DNA of 64,000 bases from Octopus sinensis. Lineage: Eukaryota. Below are positions 53,368 through 64,000 of the stretch, piece by piece. Numbering within the stretch: position 1 is the stretch's first letter; each line of letters starts with the position of its first letter. The notes under the pieces are model-generated. The model saw only the letters and a list, made by a program, of their open reading frames with translations. It was not told where the DNA came from and ran no database searches. The translations under genes and the position numbers were made by a program. The DNA lies in the NCBI RefSeq assembly GCF_006345805.1, contig NC_043000.1, positions 42,532,001 to 42,596,000 of the forward strand, written 5' to 3'.

Positions 53368-54670
53368 TTATGCTTGACTTTTGCTTTGCATTTGTACAAG
53401 ATGGCACCAAGTCTCACCCAGAGACCTCAGGAGACAAGTTAGAAGTTCATGTTGGTATAATGCCTAGGTTGTCATATATTTAGTTTTGTACATAGTATTG
53501 TTCTAGAGAATGTTTAAGAAAACATAAGAAGATTAAGATTTTGTTCTAAAATTTGAGATTACATAGACAATATATTTCATAGGATATGGGCAGTTCTCTT
53601 GATCACTATGTTTTGAATTTCCTGGTATCTGAACTAGGTAGCAATCAGCCCGTTTTGCTATCGTTCCTAGGGCATCTACGACAACAAATATTGTTTTAGT
53701 CTTCAGGTTCCACATTTTGCTAATTTCTATTTCAAGATCTTTATACTTGTTCTGTTTTTGGTAGGTCTTCATAGATAGGTTTATATCGATTGAAACAGTC
53801 ATATCAATGAGGAGGCATGATTTTTGTGTGAAGTCTTTCAATATAATGTCTGGCCTATCTTTCTGTCAGTTTGAATGGTGAAGTTCCAGAGATGTAATCA
53901 TTTCCAAGCACTGGAGGTGGTTAGTGTTCCCACCAGTTTTTATCATGGGACAGGTCCAGGTTTTTGCAAATTTCCCAGTGAATATATTGTGCAGGTATAT
54001 CATGCCTGTTGAGATATTCTGTAGGTGCAAGAAGATTGCACATGGGGACAAAATGATCAATGGTTTCATTTTGTTCTTGACATACACAAGTCGGGAAGCT
54101 ACCGTTCTTTAATATATTGGCCTGGTAGTTTCTTGTAGGTAGGCATTGATCTTGAGCTGCTATGATAAATCCTTCTGTTTCTGATTTTAAGCCAGTAGCT
54201 ATTAAACATTGATGAGTAAGGCGGTGAGCTGGCAGAATCGTTAGGATGCCGGGCGAAATACTGAGCGGTATTTCGTCTGCCGCTACGTTCTCAGTTCAAA
54301 TTCCGCCGAGGTCGACTTTGCCTTTCATCCTTTCGGGGTCGATAAATTAAGTACCAGTTACGCACTGGGGTCGATATAATCGACTTAATCCGTTTGTCTG
54401 TCCTTGTTTGTCCTCTCTGTGTTTAGCCCCTATGGGCAATAAAGAAATAAAAAAGGGCTTTGTTAACATCGGCACTATTAGCTCTCCTTAGGCATTTGCC
54501 ATTGAGAGGTTTTTCTTGCCATTTATCAGTAAGAATATCTAAAGCATTAGTTTTAGCACGGGTTTTCATAGGCGTAGCTTTTTCTCTGCTTGTTTCTAGT
54601 ACGTCTAATTCTGGAATTTGTTGTATTTGGAATTCGCTTACATAATCCTTTGCCTATTTTATTACTGTCG
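53368..54670 (-). mobile_element. R4/Dong family 2, 5'-truncated and interrupted by a SINE at 54218-54450
   Basis: LLIDMTVSID....KYKDLEIEISKMWNLKT (53533-53841) and GLKSETEGFIIAAQDQCLPTRNY. The reading ...ADVNKA|LTHQC... resumes across the SINE. Confidence 0.88.
54218..54450 (+). mobile_element. Full-length SINE family A nested in the Dong element
   Basis: AAGGCGGTGAGCTGGCAGAATCG...GTTCAAATTCCGCCGAGGTCGAC...TAAAGAAATAA. Confidence 0.92.
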
Positions 54671-54679
54671 TGTATATAT

Positions 54680-54740
<61 letters not shown>

Positions 54741-54747
54741 TATATAT

Positions 54748-54795
<48 letters not shown>

Positions 54796-54814
54796 TTGTG
54801 TATGTGTGTCTGTA

Positions 54815-54960
54815 TTTGTCCTCCGCCATCACTTGACAACCGATGCTGTGGGTTTATCTCCCCGTAACTTAACGGGGTCGATTTCTTCGACTAAAACCTT
54901 TAAGGTGGTGCTCCAGCATGGCCGCAGTTAAATGACAGAAACAAGTAAAAGAATAAAAAT
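54815..54960 (+). mobile_element. 3' part of SINE family B
   Basis: CTTGACAACCGATG...GGTGGTGCTCCAGCATGGCCGCAGT..AATGAC.GAAACAAGTAAAAGAATAAAA. Confidence 0.7.
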
Positions 54961-54968
54961 ATATGTGG

Positions 54969-55001
<33 letters not shown>

Positions 55002-55499
55002 ATATTATATATATATATATTATATATATATATAAACACAGACACGCACGTGAGTAGTGATATCTATATGCAACATATGTACGCATATCCATCGATATCT
55101 TATTCTCGTGTATATGTGCGTGCATTTATGTTTATATTCTTGTAAAAGGTAGATGTGTATATGTATAATGCAAGATAATGTACTAGACTCATCGCTAGTT
55201 AGAGCTTCATACGCGTATTATTATATCGAAAGTTTTAACTGTGAAGGAAACTGTGCATTTCAGTAAATGCTTCCTTGTAATGGTCTCCGTAGTTAAACAC
55301 ATCACAGATTATACATAGAAACAGGAAAAAGCTACACAGTTGGTTCAAAATTGATCATGACTTTCTAATTAAAGAATTTCAGAACCAACACTGCAACCCC
55401 CACCATCATCTCTCTCTCTCTCTCTCTCTGTATATATATATATATATATATAAGCCTAATTTAGGTGTATATAAAACATCATATATAAACAAATCAAGT

Positions 55500-56440
55500 T
55501 ATTGAGTTTAGTGTAATGCTATTCATAATAGTATTTAATAGATTAGATTTTTCTTTGGTCACTGAAATAATTCTTCATAGCATGGAAGTGATAAGTTCCG
55601 CAACTTCTCGGTAATCATTATTCTATTGCAGACATTGATGAATACTTCGCTTTATTGTGCTATATTGTTTGGCTTGGAAACCAATTCAAAATGTTGATTC
55701 ACATCTATGGATTTACTGTATGGTCTTTCTACTATATCATGTTGAATTTTGCAATGTGGCATGTAGCATCGTCTTGCTGAAACATTACCACTGATTGGAG
55801 GGATAATTTTGTTACAAAATACTTTTTGATAATTCTAAGGATTTAAAGCTCCATTTATTATATTCATGTGGCCAAAATCTTTGCCACAAATACATCATAA
55901 TATTAAACCCACTGACAAATGCATCATTGTTGCTGTAATACTTTCAGCAACGGAATCTTCATCTGTCTTTACCCTAATCCCATACTAATCCATTATTTCC
56001 CAAACCTTCTCGTCGCTACGTTCTGAGTTCAAATTCCGCCTATAATATTTCCCAAGCTTTAAATATTAGTCTCACAACACTATAATTTTGAAATAATCTT
56101 CCTCTATTTATCCTTACATACATTTGCCGGATTATTTTTTTCTTCTCAGAATATTATTTAGTTTAATTTAATTTAATATTATTGCTTTATATATTCGGTC
56201 AAATATACTGTGTGTTATAACTCTATCGCTTAAACTCAACCCCTTATCTGTTACCGTTTGCTATATTACTTTTGATATTATCTGACAACCTGTTAAAACT
56301 TATCTAGTCTTACCTCACCTATACTGCACATTTGTTTCTGGTTTTTCTTCTTGTCCTGTCTGCAATTCCTTAAAGCGTCAAACTATACTTGGATATTTCT
56401 GCATCATCTTCCAGCCTTGTAACTATGTAAGGAAAACTGT
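55500..56440 (-). mobile_element. Heavily decayed Tc1-family transposase remnant
   Basis: The minus strand reads FQQDDATCHIAK (~55747-55782; compare Tc1 FQQDNAPCH) and downstream ELITSMP (compare LIESMP). Boundaries are approximate. Confidence 0.6.
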
Positions 56441-57703
56441 ATCCTTCTTTCTCTGTTTAGACAATGTCAAGTATTTCTCAAATCAAAGGAGCATGATAAA
56501 TGATGAATGAAAATAGAAATACAGGTATCCTTAATGTTTGGTCAGTCATGAGAAATGACGTTGTCTCAATGTTTGGCTGTCGAAAAAGTCTTCATCCTGT
56601 CTCAATATGGATTAACTATCGAAAGAAGTGTGATTGTGTCGTACTGCTGATTGGCTACCAAAAGCGTCGTAGTCTTATCTCAGTGATGATCGGATACTGA
56701 ATGAACAGAAATTCACTTTCACTTAATTATCTAATATGATTTTTCTTTTCGAGTAAAAAATAAAGCAACTAGTGTTCAAGTCACATATGCTTGAAAAAAG
56801 AAATCCATTGAAGACCCCAAGAACAATTATCAGGAGGAAAATTGTATAAAGCAAAGAAGCAACAAATGAGTAAACGTCGAAGCTTCTTAACGCAGGCGTA
56901 TATCTATTTATGATAACTGCTAATTTACATGGAGATATAGGCAGACTATAAGAAGCGCTTCTTTCCCTTCACTCAAAGCAAATGTACGTGTTTCCTTTGA
57001 TTCCCTATAGCATAAGTAAGTTGCTTTAGGGAGATTTTGCTCAAAGTAGGCCAAACTGTGGGTCACTTATGCTTTAAAATATTACAATAACGGTTTCGAT
57101 ATTACATTGATTGAGAGCTAGAACCAGGAACCCTCACCAACTAGGTAAGCTTTGTTCCCGAACGATGAAATCCTCACCTGCCAGCGTCTCTCCCTTGACT
57201 AGCAGACCAGTTATGGATATTTGATAAGTACATCTATCTATATTGATAGGAACTGAGTTAAAGTTAGAACTATGAAACAACGGATTACCTATACGTAAAA
57301 GCAAACCTACTGAGATACTGAAATGCTCAAATACCTATACCTGAATGCTATACATAGTCACCCATCCACAGTCAGAAAATAATTACATCAACTTCGTAAT
57401 TTATGACTACGAAAAAAACCTCACTGCATGCTCTTTGGGTCTTTTCCAACAATCATGTTTAGTTGGCCATAACGTAGATCTACCGCCAACATTCTTCGCG
57501 TTATAAGTTTAACTACATGATGTGTTTTCGATGATGCTGTGATATATGCAAAGATTACAAGGAAATGGCCAGCAGATTTTCCTGTAGTTTCCAACCAATG
57601 ACTTTTCTGACAGAATTGCTGTCCTGCCTGAAATTCAGATCATGATTGGGTATCTGGAATAGGGAATCATTGACTACAATATCAATCGAATTCTATATAT
57701 TCA

Positions 57704-57890
<187 letters not shown>

Positions 57891-58470
57891 CTGTATGTAT
57901 GTCTGTGTATATATGTATATAGTTACTGGTAACTTTACATTATAGCTTGTAAGGGTAATACCTATTAAGAGTATGTAGGGATTTTGAATTATGAAATAAT
58001 GTATTTCATTCATAGTTATTATGTTATTCATTACATTCAATCATGTTTTTTTTGGAGAGAATTGAAAAAAGCTTTCATTTTCTATTATAGTAGTAACTAT
58101 AGAAGATTGGTGGGATTATTATTTGCATAGACCTAAAGATTGGTTGCTATTTAGTATACAATTTAGTTATTGTAGTTTTACTATTAACAGATGTACATAG
58201 ATTTATGTGTTACTTGTAGTTTAATTATAAAGTTAGTGTTTAATCTCGACTATATTTGATTGAATACTGTTGTACATGGGGTAAATGTGCTTGAAATTTG
58301 TGTGTTTTGTTTTCTTGGTATGTTCCCAACCAGCATTTCTTTTAGTGTTGTTGACACCAACGGATTGAATGGTACTGCCCAGGTGTCGAAGCCATAATGA
58401 TATCTATTGAATATGTATGTTGGATTGTTGGTATCGCTGTTTGTGTATATATGGAATAGTGTTATAACGC

Positions 58471-58552
<82 letters not shown>

Positions 58553-59139
58553 ATGGATAGATAGATAGATTGATAGATAGATAGATAAATTTGTTTTAAT
58601 CCTATAAAAAATACTAAATTGCAATGATCGCAGTAGAGTAACAATCGAATCCTTTCATTTGCTGAATTTACGTGTTATTAGTATATTTTCTTTAACTGAA
58701 ACTTGAGCTTACATGGTATTCTTGCCAATTACTTAATAAATTATTTGCCACGATATACTCCGTTGGTTGAAGATTATTTTACCATAAAATAACTTACCAA
58801 TATATCAAGGAACAATTTTAATAAATTATATACAAAGGGTCAACATTTTCCCTTTCTATAATCGATATTATATATCATAACTATTTAAAACCTGAGTGAA
58901 AAAAAGTTCAGATAGGTATTAATATCTGAATTTCGGAAAAGTAGTAAACGGTACCTCAATACACAGCTCGATATATAAGCTCGATAACATGCTCCCTGGA
59001 AACCAATGAATGCGAAGTTCTAATTACATCTACAAATTTCGTCCTGTCCAATTTTTCATTTCCCATATGTCACATTTTTGAGTATGTAGGTATATGTATG
59101 TTTGTGTATGTGTGCATGTGTGCGCCCGCGCAGGCGCTT

Positions 59140-59200
<61 letters not shown>

Positions 59201-59658
59201 GATATATATATATATACATATATGAGTATGTGAGTGTAAGTATTTTTACGATAGGTTAGTTATATACATTCATATATGCGTGTGTGTTACAGTTATATAA
59301 TAATAAGCTAATTATAATCAATTCGATTTTAAAATAAATGAATGGAAATCAAAATAGCCTTAATGAAATTATAATATATTTCGATCAACGAAATATGGTT
59401 CGGCTAATTCTTCGCCTTTCAAACTTCCTAAGTTCCAATATATAACTTCATTAAGATCTTTGAGTTGATTTGATAAATGTATAACGTCGTCGTATGAATT
59501 ACATCGGATATCGATAAGAAATCTCCCTGCGCACAAAGCTTACAACAGCAGGGATGAAAAAAATCATGGAGCTTAGGTTCACATCCACTCTCAATTTCTC
59601 TCCCTTATCATCTTTCTCTACGTCCTTCACATTCACTAACTTTACATGCATACATACC

Positions 59659-59707
<49 letters not shown>

Positions 59708-59764
59708 GAATGCATGCATGTGCGCTTATGGGATGGATATATATGCATGTATATGTACATATAC

Positions 59765-59821
<57 letters not shown>

Positions 59822-60093
59822 CATATATATATATTATATATATATATATATTATATATACATGTCAATCTATCTTATACAGATATAGATATATAAATGCA
59901 CACGCACACGCATATATAGATAGATATCCACACACACACACACACATGTATATACACACAGATACAGATAAATATACATATACCTACCTACATCACTTAA
60001 TGTCCAATTTTGTCTTTGTCTCCTTTCTATCATCCTGCGTAAATACAGAGATACATATACCTATACATGTATATACGCTATATAAACACACAT

Positions 60094-60125
<32 letters not shown>

Positions 60126-60470
60126 GTACATATGTGTGTGTGTGTGTGTGTACGTGTTGGTGTCTGTGCGTGTCCATACGAAAGCAGTAAGCACATCTCT
60201 AAAATCTATGAGGCATTAAAGCGCGGCTGAATTGAGGCATAATGAATTTAGGCTGGAAGCCAATTAGCGAAAATTACGTTACACGTAGGAAACGCTGGAT
60301 TTCAGCTGGGTTTCTAGCCCCTAGCTATAATAATATACCAAGGCAAGCGATGATAAATAGCTTATAACATACGTCATATGACTATATATATGTACATTTA
60401 TATATGTTTCTTTGTTGTCATATTTTCGTATATATGAGACTGTAGATACGTACATTTACATACATACATA

Positions 60471-60538
<68 letters not shown>

Positions 60539-61055
60539 TACACATATATATATTTATATATATATATATATACATGTATGTATGTATGTATGTATGTAGT
60601 ATGTATGTATGTATGTATGTATGTATGTATGTATGTATGTATGTATGTATGTATGTATGTATACACACGTATCCATATACTTATATTCATATAAACACAC
60701 ATATATATGATGTGCATGCTTATAAGTATAGATAGAAAAAAGAGAGACGAGTTAAATAGGAGACAGGAAGAACGCCGATCGAGGAATTATTGAATACGAA
60801 ACTGATATATTGGTCTCAAGACACGCACGCACACGCAACATATATAATCTATTGGTGATGCCCTTCCTGTCTCTTATTTACTTCACCCCTCTTTTTTTCT
60901 ACCCATACAAGCATGTACATAGACGCACATGCATAAGCGTACAAACATTATATATATATATACCATGTGTATGAATGTGTATGTATGAGTATATATATAT
61001 ATACATGTGTGTGTGTGTGTATATGTATACATGTAAATATATATCTCTGTGTATA

Positions 61056-61314
61056 TACGAGGGTGAGTCAAAAAGTAATGTCATTTTGTTCAGGACAGGT
61101 ACAATTACCAGCACAGAAACATGTATCATACATCAAAATGAAGCTGGTCCTCTGTGGATCACATCCCTACTTCTCAACATAGTCACCGTTTCTCTAAATA
61201 GCAATGTCCCACCTTCGAATGAAAGCATGTATCTCTACCCCGTAAGATTCTGTTGACCATTCTTTGAGTCACTTCTTCACTACAGTTTTCGCTTCTTTGT
61301 CACTGTAATAATGT
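61056..61314 (-). mobile_element. Mariner right end: TIR plus transposase C-terminal remnant
   Basis: TA|CGAGGGTGAGTCAAAAAGT terminus. The minus strand reads EIHAFIRRWDIAI*RNGDYVEK*. Confidence 0.8.
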
Positions 61315-62724
61315 TAGTGAAGACGTGACTCAAATAAAAATCAACACAATTTCACAGGGCAGGGATAAATGTTTCGATACACGCTCCTAGGTAATTCTAA
61401 ACATTTGGATAAGGTCATATGCTAAGAATTGGTCATCATTTTCAAAAATATGTGGCAGAAGCTAATCAGGGGTTAATGAGCTAATACAACACAAGGTAAC
61501 ATATTTCTTGAAAGGGTATAGATGAATGAATTACTTAGAATCACCTAGGGACATTAAACGAAACATATATGAAGGTTTTTAGCATCTGCTAATTGTGATA
61601 GAGCTTTATAATTTATAATTTATTTGTTTTGTTTTTATTAAAAAAATTCAACCTCATTATATCATACTAATACATTGTTTATACTTCCATAATTCTCCAT
61701 ATATATATATTTAAAAAGGGTTGAATGTGAATTCGTCCTTTAATTGTAGTAGTCTCCAAAAGATTTCTAACATTGTTTCTTCATACTTTACTTCAATTTA
61801 CTGGTGTAAATTAGCATAGACATAAAAATGTATATAAGTATATTAAGTATATGATTTAACTTATAAAGCAGAGTTCAACAAATTCAATCATAGTTTTCGT
61901 AAATGGACGAGATTAGATGTTAATAGGGATTAAAATGATTTTTATCCATGTTTCATCCGATCGTTTCATATAGAATGACAATAAATTCATCTATCTTAAG
62001 AGTCTGAGTTGTTAAGAAGTATTCATCAGTAGCCAAAATTTAGGAAAGGAAAAAAGCTAAAAATACGTTAGAATTACATAGGTATGATGTTCGTAATGTT
62101 CTTAGAGTTACATCAGTTTAAAACATGACTGAAGGAGTCTCCGTTGTGTGTTGATATATATAAAAATTTATTAAGGTTTACATTTTCTCAATAGATTAGT
62201 ATAAAGGAGCTAATTTTAAACTCCCATACATGAAGTAAAAAAACAGGTGGACTAAAATTTATATTTAACCGTCAATAGTAAATACGGCTTAGATATTAGT
62301 TTGAAAAAAATGTTTAATAGCAATTATAAATAGTGTGTGGTATATAAACTAAAAACTTTATAAAGTTCACATATATATACGAAGCAAAAACCAAAACGTC
62401 CATTTCAACCATGCGGTTATTCACCCAGAATAATTCTGTAGCAAATATGTTTGTGGAGTGAATATATATATATTTATACGTAATTAGGATAAAGTAATTG
62501 TTTAATGATTTATCAGTGTCCAGCGTACTAACAAGACCATAAGGGTTAATTTATATTTAAGTATAATTATAAAGTATAATTATAACAAGGGCGCTGAAGC
62601 GACAACGTCTGTACGCTAAAAGTCGGGCCCAAATGGTCTGCAAAACTCTTAAGTTAGTAGTCCATTACCACAAGGTTGTATGCAAGGGAAATGGACAAAA
62701 AGGATTTATAAAATATTGTGGACA

Positions 62725-62787
62725 ACACTATATATCAAGATTTCGTGCTTTACGATATCAAAATCGTCTTCCACTCTTCAGTAGTGT
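62725..62787 (-). ncRNA. Solitary type I hammerhead ribozyme candidate
   Basis: ACACUA-CUGAAGA-GUGgaagACGAUuuugauAUCGUaaagCAC-GAAA-UCuuGA-UA^(ua)UAGUGU. Stem I is 6 bp and stem II is 3+5 bp. There is an extra UA at the cleavage site. Confidence 0.6.
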
Positions 62788-63441
62788 AAATCAATCGTAA
62801 ACAAATGGGAAATACATATACATACCATAGATATATGGTTGTAAAAATACGAGCATATACATGCATTTCACATAAATATATATGAAGCAAAAACATTTAC
62901 AGTGATTCTGTCAACTGAAATTGCAGAAATACTAAAGATTTTGCTCCATGAATTTTAACTATGTTTAAATCATTACGAATGTCCTTTATTTTGAAGTTCA
63001 TGAATTCATCTGACAGAAACGGTTTCTTTACAATAACGTAATGTTTTCATTAATCAATGAAAGGAATCGTTAGAAACGGCTGTAATTGATTGATACCTGT
63101 TACTCATTTATATTTATTCACCTGTCTCGGAATCTGTCTTTCGTAAATATTATGAACCGCATACTTAACATAATGTACATGTCTGAATAGCTCAAGAATG
63201 GATTTCTTGACTCAGCTGGGTCCAGTTATCTTCAGACACTGCAGGTATATCATCCGGGTGTTACTTATGTACTCAAGTTTGATATTTGCATAATATTGTT
63301 GTTGCGTATGTATATTATTACGACCTAACGAGGTGCCTCAATCTAAGTACCTAAGTCAGTTGAATCTTATGTGTATGTGTGTGTGTGTTTATACATAAAT
63401 ATATATATATGGATAAACACACGGATGTGCTTATAAATCTA

Positions 63442-63474
<33 letters not shown>

Positions 63475-64000
63475 GTATTGGAATCTCCCGTCGAAGATGA
63501 CGTCTGAGTGTTCAGATTTTGCTGAACGACCTGCACCAATGTTTTGTCTATAGTGATCAAATATATACCCTGTTTTGTTTGCTCTCTCTCTCTCTCAACC
63601 AAATCGACGTGGTCTGAATAGGTGAACTGTATACCGCGCATTAGATGTCGAAGTGATCGCAGAGCAATGTGAGACGAAGTGTTTTGATCGGGAACATAAC
63701 AAACCACTCGGTCTTTTGTCATTTCTTTCTACTCTTCTCTACCATTTTCACCTATATCTAAGTCCCTCTCTATATTTCTTTGTTAATCGCTTCCTTTCCT
63801 CTACTCTCTTAAAATGCTTATAAAGTGCTTCACCATCTACCCAAATCAAAACATTGGTTCTCTGTAACATAAGATGTTCCCTAAAGATTCCTAGTGATTG
63901 AGCATCCAGTTTCACGCGCAACATTCAATGTAATGTTATAAGCAAGTACAAAGCAAAAATGTAGGTAGAAACAAATAATGTTAACTTCTGTTCATCGGAA

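Noticed and set aside
63191-63244. Possible 54-bp exon (AG|...CTGCAG|GTATAT)
   Set aside because: Weak polypyrimidine tract, no recognisable peptide and no partner exons.

Overview
AT-rich, microsatellite-dense animal DNA, intergenic or intronic. The repeat families strongly resemble those of cephalopod (octopus) genomes, which is my recognition rather than a database result. I cannot support any host protein-coding gene; almost all listed ORFs are microsatellite translations. Recognisable content is decayed R4/Dong-type non-LTR retrotransposons (RT plus restriction-like endonuclease) sitting in (AAT)n tracts, many tRNA-derived SINEs, Tc1/mariner remnants, an AT-rich satellite and a 1.3-kb tandem duplication. 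The most notable signal is a set of non-coding retroelements carrying hammerhead ribozymes (HHRs). The main one is a near-identical tandem array of a ~564-bp unit (9514-12242). Each unit has an intact type I HHR and long-range rod-like pairing, and the array ends in a twin-priming-style inversion, making it a candidate circular-RNA retrozyme. A second element fuses a tRNA-like Pol III head to a minimal HHR in a head-to-head insertion with a 13-bp target-site duplication (TSD; 38983-39648). Further unrelated HHRs lie at ~45.9 kb and ~62.75 kb.
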